Shown in pieces: positions 18,351 through 26,758 of a DNA stretch of 27,950 nt (position 1 is its first letter; every line of letters begins with the position of its first letter). Origin of the DNA: a virus (taxonomy: Duplodnaviria > Caudoviricetes); the IMG/VR virus record IMGVR_UViG_3300037458_000735, positions 1-27,950 of that record; one strand, 5' to 3'. Below the pieces are notes generated by a model, which was not told the origin of the DNA, made no database searches, and worked only from the letters and a program-made list of their open reading frames with translations. Position numbers and translations under genes: made by a program.

Positions 18351-20015
18351 ATGGGTGGGATTGCAGCACCGCTGTACGATGGCCGCTGGCGAAACATTTC
18401 GACGCCGCCGCCGCAGCAAATACTGCGGTGGACGGGGCAGCAGACCGTCAGCACGCAACTGACCATCCAAACTATCCCGGGCGTGAAAGTCGAGTATCGC
18501 CCGGCCGGTGGCCTGAACTCTGCCACAGAGACCATCACCCTAGACACGATCCATCTCGACCTGACCAAGGAGGTCAACGAGACCATCGTGCCCGGGTCAG
18601 CGCGCTTCCGCTTCGGCGGGTCCACCTACCAGCACACTGCTGGCGCCCTGTACCGCGACCCGAGCCCAGCCACCGGGGCCGGCACCCAGTCAGGGAGTCT
18701 CGACGCCGCCACAGGCCGGGTCCTGCTGACCCAGTGGACGGCAGGCCCCAACACCGTGACACTGGACGCGCTGACGACGCAGATCGGGGGGCAGCCAATC
18801 GGAGAGGCGGTCTTCCGGACAGCCGCGAGCCCAATCAAGCCCGGGGCCCTCCAGATCCGGTGGACCTTGGTATCAGGCGACATCATCAGCAAGGTGGTCG
18901 GGCAAAGCGGCATCATCGAAGACGCAGACGCCACCATCTTGGTGGACTGGGCCAGGGGCGTGATCGCCATCCGGTTCGGCCTGTGGCGGGAGGACGCCGA
19001 CCTTACGCCGGAGGAAAAGGAGGAACCTTGGTACGACCCGGGCAGCGTGGTGGACATCGACGGCGTGGACATGATCTGGCAGACCAAGGTGGTCCAGGCT
19101 GACAGCCTGATCTACAACGCCGTGGCGACCACCATGCTGCCCCCAGACAGCAACCTGCTGGGGATCGACGCTGCCCGCCTTCCGCCAGACGGCAAGGCGC
19201 TGATCTACCGGGTTGGGATGCTGGCACTGATTCACCACACCGACAGCCTGGCCCAAGCCGAGCTGTTGGCAGGGGAGGTGATCGATTGCGGCCGGCTTCG
19301 GCTCTATCGCGTGGTGATCGAGGATGCCAACGGGCTGCGCCTGATGCCGGACCTCTACACCGTCAACCGGGAGCTTGGCACCGTCACGATGGCCGACCCC
19401 CTGGATCTAGGCGCGTATGAGGCCCCCTATACCGTCAAGCACACCGTCGCCGACCTTCAGCGGGTGCGCGACACCGACATCAACGGGCGCTTGACCTTCC
19501 TGCGCCCGGTCTCGCACGAGTACCCGGCAGACGGGGACAGCTACGTGTCCGGCATGCTCTACGTGGGCACGCTCCAGGGCCGCTACAGCAAGCTGTTCAA
19601 GCAGTCCACCTGGACCGGGGTATGGTCGGATGCCCTGATCGGTAGCGCCCCGCTGGCGAGCTTCAACGACGCCCTCTATCCCATCGAGGTGAGCAACGCC
19701 GGGGCCTATCAGGACCGCATCCTGGTGAGGTTTACCAGCGCCAGCGCCTTCGAGGTCATCGGCGAGGCCCTGGGCCTGCTCGGCATCGGCAACATCAACG
19801 CCGACTGCGCCCCGATCAATCCGCTGACGAACCAACCATACTTCACCATCCCTTACCAGGGCTGGGGCGGTGGCTGGGCCGCCGGCAACTGCCTACGCTT
19901 CAACCTACAGGCCGCCTGTTACCCGGTCGATTGCGTGCGGGCGGTGCAGCCTAGCGAGCCGACCGGACTTCAGGACAGCGTCGAGCTTCTGCTCGTCGGT
20001 AACGTGGACGCATAA
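18351..20015 (+). CDS. Large tail-tip structural protein, C-terminal part (B3-like)
   Basis: LLGIDAARLPPDGK and APINPLTNQPYFTI...GWGGGWAAGNCLRFN. GGAGGT RBS precedes the ATG. Confidence 0.75.
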   Translation: MGGIAAPLYDGRWRNISTPPPQQILRWTGQQTVSTQLTIQTIPGVKVEYRPAGGLNSATETITLDTIHLDLTKEVNETIVPGSARFRFGGSTYQHTAGALYRDPSPATGAGTQSGSLDAATGRVLLTQWTAGPNTVTLDALTTQIGGQPIGEAVFRTAASPIKPGALQIRWTLVSGDIISKVVGQSGIIEDADATILVDWARGVIAIRFGLWREDADLTPEEKEEPWYDPGSVVDIDGVDMIWQTKVVQADSLIYNAVATTMLPPDSNLLGIDAARLPPDGKALIYRVGMLALIHHTDSLAQAELLAGEVIDCGRLRLYRVVIEDANGLRLMPDLYTVNRELGTVTMADPLDLGAYEAPYTVKHTVADLQRVRDTDINGRLTFLRPVSHEYPADGDSYVSGMLYVGTLQGRYSKLFKQSTWTGVWSDALIGSAPLASFNDALYPIEVSNAGAYQDRILVRFTSASAFEVIGEALGLLGIGNINADCAPINPLTNQPYFTIPYQGWGGGWAAGNCLRFNLQAACYPVDCVRAVQPSEPTGLQDSVELLLVGNVDA

Positions 20016-20022
20016 GGGTGGC

Positions 20023-21207
20023 ATGATGGGAGTCAAGTGGTACACCTCGGCAATGCCATCTGCCCCGGTCCTCACGGGGCTGGCTGGGAGCTTGGTGGCT
20101 GTGCTGGACGCCTGTCTTGTGACCGGGTTCGGGAGCCGGACACTGACCTCGCTCAGCGTGACGAGCGAAGTAGCCACGGCGACGATCGGGGCCGGCCACA
20201 CCTATCAGCAACACTCGATTGTCAAAATCGAGGGGGCCACACCTACCGAACTCAACGGCGAGAAGCGCATCCTCTCGGTCACCGGGACGCAGTTCACGTT
20301 CGCCGCCGCAGACGTGGAGGACGGGAGTGCTTCGGGCACGATCACCGCCAGCATGCCGCCCGGCGGGTGGGACAAGGTCTATTCAGCCACCAACAAGGCG
20401 GTATATCGGCCGCAAGATCTGGTTGCTGCAACGGGCATCCTCACCAGGGTGGATGACACCGGGACCCGCCCAACCGAAGCAGGGAGAGTGGCCTTGCTCC
20501 GTGGCTATGAGGCGATGAGCGACATAGACACCGGGACTGGGCTGATCCCGACAGCAGCGCAAGATGCCGCGGGACCGCGCCTTCTCAAAAGCGACACGGC
20601 AAGCAGCGCTGGCAGGGCATGGTTTGTGGCAACGGACGGGCTCAGCGTCATTCTCTGGACCGCTACTTATGGGGTAAACCAGACCATAGGCGCGTTGCAC
20701 CTATTCGGCGACGCCATGACGTACAAGCTGAGTGGGGATGCCTATTGTTGGGTGGTGCAAGCTGGGGTGGGGTCAGTTACAAGTCTACAGCCTGGATATA
20801 CTTACGGTCAGGCGCATGGGTCTTCATACAGCACAGGAAGATGGATTGCGCGCAGCCATACAGGACTTGGCTCACCCATTGCTTTCTACGACTTGCCTGA
20901 TTTGGGGCTGGCGTCAGAAAGCCTGCGTGGCATAGGATTGGCGATTTACCCTGCTCCAATCGATGGCGGTCTGCTGATTACGGCATACCGAATCATGACG
21001 GCAACGGAAGACGGTCCACGGGGGGAACTGCCAGGACTATGGGCTCCGTGCCATACCGCCGCATCCATCACCGGGGTCGCGAACTTTGCAGTTTTCAGTC
21101 AGTTCCAGGGGCTCCCAGACAGAAACCTAATGTGGCTGAAGCTTGCCGGGACAGCCAATCAATTCACTGGGGCCTGCATGGTTGACCTTGCGGGGCCTTG
21201 GAGATGA
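20023..21207 (+). CDS. Tail fibre/receptor-binding-type protein
   Basis: N-terminal APVLTGLAGSLVAVLDACLVTGFG motif recalled from B3-like tail proteins. The C-terminal half has visibly lower GC. Confidence 0.6.
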   Translation: MMGVKWYTSAMPSAPVLTGLAGSLVAVLDACLVTGFGSRTLTSLSVTSEVATATIGAGHTYQQHSIVKIEGATPTELNGEKRILSVTGTQFTFAAADVEDGSASGTITASMPPGGWDKVYSATNKAVYRPQDLVAATGILTRVDDTGTRPTEAGRVALLRGYEAMSDIDTGTGLIPTAAQDAAGPRLLKSDTASSAGRAWFVATDGLSVILWTATYGVNQTIGALHLFGDAMTYKLSGDAYCWVVQAGVGSVTSLQPGYTYGQAHGSSYSTGRWIARSHTGLGSPIAFYDLPDLGLASESLRGIGLAIYPAPIDGGLLITAYRIMTATEDGPRGELPGLWAPCHTAASITGVANFAVFSQFQGLPDRNLMWLKLAGTANQFTGACMVDLAGPWR

Positions 21208-21488
21208 GCAGGGCATTCGGCCGCACCGTTAGAACAGATGCCCTGTTTGGCGGAGGGTACAAGCTGCGTGGCACAGTCTATGAGGCCGGCGCGCCTGTCA
21301 GAAGGCGTCTTCGGCTACACCAACGCTCCACCGGGCGGCCGATACGAGAGGTTGTCTCAGGCGACGACGGGGTATATGACATCCAAGGCATTGCATTCGA
21401 TCAGTATTATGTCGTCGCCTTCGACTACGGGGCCGAACCAGTCAACGCAGCGATCTCCGACCAACTGATTTTGGAGCCCATGCCATGA
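21204..21488 (+). CDS. Small tail-associated protein
   Basis: GTVYEAGAPVRRRLRLHQRSTGRPIREVVSGDDGVY...YYVVAFD...NAAISD, with ATGA coupling at both ends. Confidence 0.6.
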   Translation: MSRAFGRTVRTDALFGGGYKLRGTVYEAGAPVRRRLRLHQRSTGRPIREVVSGDDGVYDIQGIAFDQYYVVAFDYGAEPVNAAISDQLILEPMP

Positions 21489-21886
21489 GCGATCTGGTCA
21501 GCTTCGCTGGGGCCAGCCGCCAGTCCCGGGCCTCCTTGCTGGGGACCTGGCTCGACGGCGGCACCATCGATCTGTACGACGCCCCACGCGCAGCCGATCC
21601 AGACACAGCCATCGAGACCCAGATCCTGCTGTGCGCCATCGCGCTGGATGACCCTGCGGGAGCGGCAGAGGACGGCGTTTGGACGGCGGACCCGCTACCA
21701 GGCCAGGCCCTCATCCTGGCGTCTGGGACGCCGGCATGGGCCAGGGTGCGCGACGCTAACGGGGACGTGGTTGCTGACATTGATGTCGGTGCTAGCGGGT
21801 CAGGCGCCGCGCTGGAACTGGACAACCTCTCGCTGGTGGCGGGAGCCTACCTGACGCCGACCAGCTTGACCATCGTCGAGGGATAG
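21485..21886 (+). CDS. Tail structural protein
   Basis: IDLYDAPRAA...ASGTPAWARVRDANG...DIDVG pattern of virion proteins, translationally coupled. Confidence 0.65.
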   Translation: MSDLVSFAGASRQSRASLLGTWLDGGTIDLYDAPRAADPDTAIETQILLCAIALDDPAGAAEDGVWTADPLPGQALILASGTPAWARVRDANGDVVADIDVGASGSGAALELDNLSLVAGAYLTPTSLTIVEG

Positions 21887-23947
21887 GTGAGCAACGATCT
21901 CCGCCTTGGGCTTCACCCGGGCGGGAACGATCTGTACCTTGGGTACACGGGAGCCCCTGACAACGGGGTCCTCCTGCTGGCGCGCACCTCTGCCCCGCGA
22001 GCCCTGTTCCGGGCAGCCACAGCGCGCACCGTCCTAACAGCCCGTACCAAAGGCCCGACAGCCGTGCTGCGGGCCGCCTATGATCCCAACCTGCTCTCAG
22101 ATACCGTCCGCGCAACTACCGGGCGCTGGGCCGGCGCTGGGAGACAGCATCACGGCTGCCTATCTGTCCAGACGGATGCGCGCCCACTGCCCCAGGAAGC
22201 CGCCTGTCGCTGGCAGGAAGGCCGCCGGGTGCCAGGCGGGGCAGTGGCAGCATGGGCCGGCGCAGAGCCCGCGGCAGGGGAAAACGAGGCCGCCTGGCGC
22301 GTTGCGACGATGGAGTGTGGCACAACGGGATCTGCCTGGGCAGGTGCGCCACGGGTGGCGGATTCCGCTCGGGCCGCATGGCAGGAGGGCGACGCTACAG
22401 CAGGGCCAGCCCATGCCACCTGGTGGCGCGGTCTGCCTCTGGTGGATCTACCGGCATCGCCGCTGCACAGGGACGCCGGGCGCGAGCTATCGAGTGTCCG
22501 TGACCGCTTCCGGCACGGACGCCTGGTGCAGGACCCGTGCATCGAGAACTCCTGGAACGATGGCGCCTGGGTCGGCTACGTGCGGCGCAAGCCCGTGCCC
22601 TGGGTCCGCCCGCCGCGCCCCTGGGTCCCGCGGGGGAACGACCTGCACCTGTGCAATCTGGAGCCCGGCAACGATTTCCACCTCGGGTCCATCTGTCGCT
22701 GTCGCATCCCGCGACGCAGGAGCTACCACGTGCAACACAGCATCGCCGTCGTCCGCCTGTCCGACTCCGCGGAGGTTCCGACCGAATCCCTGTCCCTGAG
22801 CCTGGATGCCGACTCCTGGGCCTGGACCTGGTCCGCCGGCCTGCTGGGGCCGGATGCCTTGGCGCTGGTCCTGCCGTCCGAACTGGGCGAGCCCGTGACC
22901 CTGGAGGCCGCCATCGACGGGCACGTCTGGCACCTGGTGGTCGAAGACTGGCAGGAGGACCGCTCCTTCGGCTCCCGGTCGGTCAAGGTCTCCGGCCGCG
23001 GACTATCGGCCTGGCTCGGGCAGCCCTACGAGCCGGCGGCGAGCGGGTCCCTGGCCAACGCCCGCACCCTCAACCAGGCCATCGAGGAGTTCCTGCCGCT
23101 TGGCAGCGGCTGGACCATCGACTGGGCCGACGATACGCCGGACTGGCTCCTGCCGTCCGGGTCCTGGTCCTGGACCAACCAGGCGCCGATCCAGGTCATT
23201 CATGAGGCCGTGCAGGGGGTTGGGATGGTGGCGGTCCCTGGAGCGACCGCCAAGACTCTGACCATCCAGCCCCGCTACCCGGTCCTGCCGTGGGACTTCG
23301 CGGCGGCCACCCCGGATCTGATCATCCCAGATTCCGCCATCCTGAACCTGAGCCGACGCCAGGCGGTGCCGACCCAGGCCAATGCGGTCTATGTCCATGG
23401 CGGCGACTCTGGCGGTATCCTGGCGCGGGTCTGGCGCTCCGGCACGGCCGGAGACCGACTGGCGCCGACGGTCTCCGACTCGCGCATCACCCATGCCGAT
23501 GGCGCCCGCCTGCTGGGGTCTCGCCTGCTCGCGGCCCAGACACAGCAGCCCGAGATCCGGTCGGTTACGATCCCGTGTGGCGGCGTCTTCTGCCTGGCCA
23601 GCATCGGGCAACTGGTGTCCATCACCATCGGGGCCAGCGACATCCGCGGCATCGTCAACGCCGTGTCCATCAGCGCCCAAGGCGGCACGGTTCGGCAGAC
23701 GATCACCATCGGCGAGGAGACGCCCAACGTGTGGGCCATGTGGCGGAGCCTGCTACCGGCCTCGCCGCTGCTCTGGGGCCAGGTCCTGGCCGTGCACGAG
23801 GACGGCACTCGCACCGTCAGCATGGCCGGCGGCGGGACGCAGCGGGTGCGTGGGGATGGGTCAGCCGGGGCGGCTGTGTGGGTCAGGGCAGGGGTGATTG
23901 AGGGCCAGGCCCCGCAGTTACCCGTTGAGGACATCGAAATTCCATGA
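21887..23947 (+). CDS. Tail-tip/baseplate hub-like protein with Trp repeats and a fused C-terminal small domain
   Basis: 686 aa, last gene of the late operon. Motifs LSLSLDADSWAWTWSA, TIQPRYPVLPW and ANAVYVHG. Confidence 0.65.
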   Translation: MSNDLRLGLHPGGNDLYLGYTGAPDNGVLLLARTSAPRALFRAATARTVLTARTKGPTAVLRAAYDPNLLSDTVRATTGRWAGAGRQHHGCLSVQTDARPLPQEAACRWQEGRRVPGGAVAAWAGAEPAAGENEAAWRVATMECGTTGSAWAGAPRVADSARAAWQEGDATAGPAHATWWRGLPLVDLPASPLHRDAGRELSSVRDRFRHGRLVQDPCIENSWNDGAWVGYVRRKPVPWVRPPRPWVPRGNDLHLCNLEPGNDFHLGSICRCRIPRRRSYHVQHSIAVVRLSDSAEVPTESLSLSLDADSWAWTWSAGLLGPDALALVLPSELGEPVTLEAAIDGHVWHLVVEDWQEDRSFGSRSVKVSGRGLSAWLGQPYEPAASGSLANARTLNQAIEEFLPLGSGWTIDWADDTPDWLLPSGSWSWTNQAPIQVIHEAVQGVGMVAVPGATAKTLTIQPRYPVLPWDFAAATPDLIIPDSAILNLSRRQAVPTQANAVYVHGGDSGGILARVWRSGTAGDRLAPTVSDSRITHADGARLLGSRLLAAQTQQPEIRSVTIPCGGVFCLASIGQLVSITIGASDIRGIVNAVSISAQGGTVRQTITIGEETPNVWAMWRSLLPASPLLWGQVLAVHEDGTRTVSMAGGGTQRVRGDGSAGAAVWVRAGVIEGQAPQLPVEDIEIP

Positions 23948-24014
23948 TGTGCTGGGCCTGTTCGCGCCTCCCGATGGCGTCATGCGATGACATACGAAAC
24001 TCACACTTTGCGCG

Positions 24015-24107
24015 TAAGCCTGTGTTTCTCCGGCATATTTAACGCCCTTTCACGGCGGCGACCGGGGTTCGAATCCCCGTGGGGACGCCAATTCGATCAG
24101 GCAGTTA
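24015..24107. promoter_or_regulatory. IHF-like sites flanking the att core
   Basis: GATCAGGCAGTTA (24095-24107, +) and AAACACAGGCTTA (24015-24027, -) each match WATCAANNNNTTR with two mismatches. Confidence 0.35.
24043..24090 (+). mobile_element. att core: 3' 48 nt of tRNA-Glu(TTC), attP-like
   Basis: CGCCCTTTCACGGCGGCGACCGGGGTTCGAATCCCCGTGGGGACGCCA covers the anticodon arm, T-arm and CCA of tRNA-Glu. The 5' half (acceptor strand, D-arm) is absent, and the site lies next to an integrase. Confidence 0.92.
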
Positions 24108-24117
24108 TGCCACTTTG

Positions 24118-24142
24118 ACCCGGGCTCTCGCCCGGGTTTTTT
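24118..24142 (+). terminator. Intrinsic terminator downstream of the tRNA fragment
   Basis: ACCCGGGC-TCTC-GCCCGGGT followed by a T-run. Confidence 0.85.
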
Positions 24143-24215
24143 CTATCACACGCTAGCACAGGTCAAGGGGCCGTCACGCCCTCGACAACCGCCGCCCGGT
24201 GGCCCGTTCCATGAC

Positions 24216-24794
24216 CTATACGGCGTGCTTGCCGATGACCAACTGCCGCTCGACGATGTCGATACAGGCCGTCAGGGCAACAAGCTCCTGAAGGTTCACC
24301 AGCACATGCTGGCCGTGGTCGAGGTCTAACTGATGGACCCGTTCCAGGGCTGGGATTGGGTCGTAGGCATCGGATAGGCGCCGGACCCAGGCCTCCAGGT
24401 ATTCCCGGTTGTGCTCGAAGGCCGCAAGGCTCAAAGCATGGGCCTTGCGGTTGATGGCGCGGCGGACCTCTGGGGTGAGAGGATCGGCCGGCTCGGGCAG
24501 GAGCTTGGGCCAGCCGGACTCCACCGCCTTGGGCTTGGCCGGCTCGGGCACGCGGAAGTAGGCATCCTCCAGCCGCTCGAAGACCTCCCACGCCTGATCG
24601 GTGTCGAGCATCTTGGCGTGCCGGGCCGCGCCGCGTTCGGTCCAGAGGAGCAAGACGTTGGCGTTCTGGGTGATTTTCACGGCGTGACTTTTAGTCACGT
24701 CGCGCTTGAACTCACGCAGATCCGGGCCTTCCAGCCGGATGAAGTGCTTGCCGGCCTCGAAGCGGTCCTGGTTGCGGACGGGCGGCGTGGTCAA
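24216..24794 (-). CDS. ORF6N-domain (antirepressor-type) protein, apparently N-terminally truncated; possible pseudogene
   Basis: RNQDRFEAGKHFIRLEG...LLLWTERGAARHAKMLDTDQAWEVFERLEDAYF is the ORF6N signature. The first helices are missing and only a TTG start is available. Confidence 0.7.
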   Translation of the reverse strand: MTTPPVRNQDRFEAGKHFIRLEGPDLREFKRDVTKSHAVKITQNANVLLLWTERGAARHAKMLDTDQAWEVFERLEDAYFRVPEPAKPKAVESGWPKLLPEPADPLTPEVRRAINRKAHALSLAAFEHNREYLEAWVRRLSDAYDPIPALERVHQLDLDHGQHVLVNLQELVALTACIDIVERQLVIGKHAV

Positions 24795-24811
24795 GCGGCC
24801 CCCGGGCGCGC

Positions 24812-25837
24812 TCACAGGTCTAGCCTGGCAATGGCGTCTCGGAGCGTACTTGGGGCCAGGTGGGCATAGCGCTCGGTGGTCTTGCTGCTGGCGTGCCCGG
24901 CCAGGACCTGCACGGTGCGCAGGGGCACCCCAGCTTGGACGAGGTGAGCGCAGTAGGTATGGCGCAGGCAGTGGATGTGCCCGTCGAGGTCGCAGCGGTC
25001 GAGGGTGCGGACGAAGGCGCGGCTTAAGGATGTCTGGGCGACCTGGGGCAGGACGTAGCCGAGCTTCGGATTGTCGGGTGGAGACAGGGCCTCCAGGGCC
25101 TCGCCAGCGCCGCGGCTGATGGGGATGGACCGCCAGTGTCCGGACTTGGTGCGAGCGCCTTCTTCGCTGCGGATGCCGATCTCTTCGCGGCCCACGTCGC
25201 GCCATTGGAGTTGGAGTCCTTCGGTCCGGCGCAGCCCTGTGTTGGCGAACAACTGCCAGCCCCAGCGGTAGCGGCGGTGCAGCTCGCCGTCGGCCGCTGT
25301 GGTGCAGGCGGGGATGGTCAGCTCGGCGGCGTAGATCAGGGCGAGTTCCTCCCGGCTGTACCAGCGCGGCGGGCGGCTGGCGAGGTCGCGCGGTGGCTTG
25401 ACCTTGGCGATTGGGTTGCGCTGGATGAGATCCCAGGCCACCGCGGCGTTGAGGCAGGCTTGCAGGGTGCGCAGCTCTTTGACGACGGTTCCGGCCGCGG
25501 CGGCTTGAAGGCGGCGGGCCTTGTAGTCTTCGACCTGGGTCCTGGTCAGGGCCATCAGTGGGCAGGCACCGAAGGCGGGGATGAGGTGGCAGCGCAGGAT
25601 CTGCTCGACGCGGTAGTAGCTGTCTGGGTACTCGTGGCTGTGCCAGGTGGCGTAGCGTGCGGCCCAGGCGCCGAAGGCGGGCCCGGCCGCGGCGATGACG
25701 CCTAGGCTGGACTCGCGGGCGACCCGCGCCGCCTCGGCTTCGGCCTCGGTAACTGCACCGAGCGAGCGGCGGACCTGACGGCCATCTTCGACCCACGAGA
25801 GGTACCACTGCCGGCCCCGCTGGTACTTGCCCGCCAT
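24812..25837 (-). CDS. int: Phage tyrosine integrase
   Basis: TGLR, TKSG, HCLRH, LAGH and RY catalytic residues, plus an N-terminal arm-binding-type beta segment (WYLSWVEDGRQVRRSLG). No IntI-specific insertion is visible. Confidence 0.95.
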   Translation of the reverse strand: MAGKYQRGRQWYLSWVEDGRQVRRSLGAVTEAEAEAARVARESSLGVIAAAGPAFGAWAARYATWHSHEYPDSYYRVEQILRCHLIPAFGACPLMALTRTQVEDYKARRLQAAAAGTVVKELRTLQACLNAAVAWDLIQRNPIAKVKPPRDLASRPPRWYSREELALIYAAELTIPACTTAADGELHRRYRWGWQLFANTGLRRTEGLQLQWRDVGREEIGIRSEEGARTKSGHWRSIPISRGAGEALEALSPPDNPKLGYVLPQVAQTSLSRAFVRTLDRCDLDGHIHCLRHTYCAHLVQAGVPLRTVQVLAGHASSKTTERYAHLAPSTLRDAIARLDL

Positions 25838-25995
25838 GCTCTGTCTGCGGCCTCCTCGATGTCTGCCAGGCGGTAAAGGATAGCTCCCATGAGTGCAACC
25901 GGCGGGATGCCGGCCCCAGGGCCTCGGGTGCGCAGTTCCTCTGGGGTCAGGCCCAGCAGGGATGCTGCGGTGGCTTCTGGGATGTAGGGGAGCAT
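25702..25995 (-). CDS. xis: Excisionase-like HTH protein
   Basis: IPEATAASLLGLTPEELR...GIPPV..GAILYRLADIE is a MerR/Xis-type wHTH, and the gene overlaps the int start. Confidence 0.7.
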   Translation of the reverse strand: MLPYIPEATAASLLGLTPEELRTRGPGAGIPPVALMGAILYRLADIEEAADRAWRASTSGAGSGTSRGSKMAVRSAARSVQLPRPKPRRRGSPASPA

Positions 25996-25998
25996 TCT

Positions 25999-26039
25999 GG
26001 ATAACAATGCTAGGCAGATCTGTCTATTACCAGTTAGAC
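25999..26039 (+). other. Short terminal recombination site of the cassette array (degenerate attC or attI-like)
   Basis: GGATAAC-AATGC-TAGGCAGA/TCTGTCTA palindrome-TTACCA-GTTAGAC. GTTAGACC (26033-26040) is the exact reverse complement of GGTCTAAC at the next attC. Confidence 0.55.
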
Positions 26040-26726
26040 CTACAGCGCCAGAACCTGCTGGCACATCCGGTTGGCGGCGATCTCGCAGTATCGTTCCTCG
26101 CGCTCGATCAAAACGGCGCGCTTTCCAAGGTCCATGGCGGCGCGCCCCGTGGTTCCGCTCCCGGCCCATGGGTCCAACACCGTCGCCACGTCCCCAGCCA
26201 GCGACAGCGCCCACTTGATGACTTCAAGCGGCTTCTGGGTCGGGTGCTCGCGGTTCTCGCAGCCCTGGCGAAGCATACCGTTCCACATGTGCCTCTTGAT
26301 GCGCAGAGCGCACCCCAGATTGTTCCATGCCATCTCGCCATCTGCGAAGTCCCCGGTGTTTTCCTTGTCCCACACCAGGGGACCCTTGCAGGGCGGCAGG
26401 GCGTAGTAGTTCCCGCCAAAGATGATCTGCTTGTCGCATAGGGATCGTGCAAGGGCCAACGTCCAGTCCTGCACCGGTTCGTTGTCCCAATCGCTTTTCC
26501 CGTAATCGGTTACCGGGGCCTTGTTTGAAGATCCCCATTTTCCTTTGCTGGCTCCGATCCCATATGGTGGGTCAGTCAGCAGAAGGTCAAACCGTGGCAA
26601 CATCGGCATAATGTGGCGGCAGTCCCCGTGGTAAATCGTGATTCCGTGGTCCTCGAAGAAAGGTCTAACAAGCGGCTCAAAAGCGAGGCGCGCATCGGCC
26701 TGGTGCTCAATCTTCGGTGTCGTCAT
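26040..26726 (-). CDS. Orphan DNA amino-methyltransferase (N6/N4 family, beta-type motif order)
   Basis: TDPPY motif IV, HPTQKP and VLDPWAGSGTT motif I. No cognate nuclease is adjacent. Confidence 0.92.
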   Translation of the reverse strand: MTTPKIEHQADARLAFEPLVRPFFEDHGITIYHGDCRHIMPMLPRFDLLLTDPPYGIGASKGKWGSSNKAPVTDYGKSDWDNEPVQDWTLALARSLCDKQIIFGGNYYALPPCKGPLVWDKENTGDFADGEMAWNNLGCALRIKRHMWNGMLRQGCENREHPTQKPLEVIKWALSLAGDVATVLDPWAGSGTTGRAAMDLGKRAVLIEREERYCEIAANRMCQQVLAL

Positions 26727-26756
26727 GGCGCGCCCGCTTTAGCCTTTTCGTTAGGC
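26663..26756 (+). mobile_element. attC-like site 1 (94 bp)
   Basis: R'' GTCTAAC ... R' GTTAGGC. The left arm GGCT[C]AAA[A]GCG[A]GGCGCGC pairs perfectly with GCGCGCCCGCTTTAGCC once three extra bases are removed (G,T,T on the bottom strand). Confidence 0.88.
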
Positions 26757-26758
26757 AT
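26723..26758 (-). CDS. 11-aa coupling mini-ORF MPNEKAKAGAP inside attC1
   Basis: The ATG directly follows the TAG of the upstream gene, and its TGA overlaps the MTase ATG (ATGA). Confidence 0.45.
   Translation of the reverse strand: MPNEKAKAGAP

Noticed and set aside
20023-23947. Diversity-generating retroelement or invertible tail-fibre system
   Set aside because: No reverse transcriptase, template/variable repeat pair, invertase or flanking inverted sites were seen in the window.
24043-24090. Functional tRNA-Glu gene
   Set aside because: The 5' acceptor strand and D-arm are missing, and the upstream sequence cannot pair with GGGGAC.
24812-25837. Integrase as an integron integrase (IntI)
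   Set aside because: The segment between TKSG and the HxxR region is short with no IntI-type insertion. An arm-binding-like N-terminus, an overlapping xis and a tRNA att site all indicate a phage Int.
24216-25898. 560-aa ORF overlapping int
   Set aside because: The portion overlapping int is Arg/Pro-rich off-frame sequence. Only the ORF6N part downstream of int looks real.
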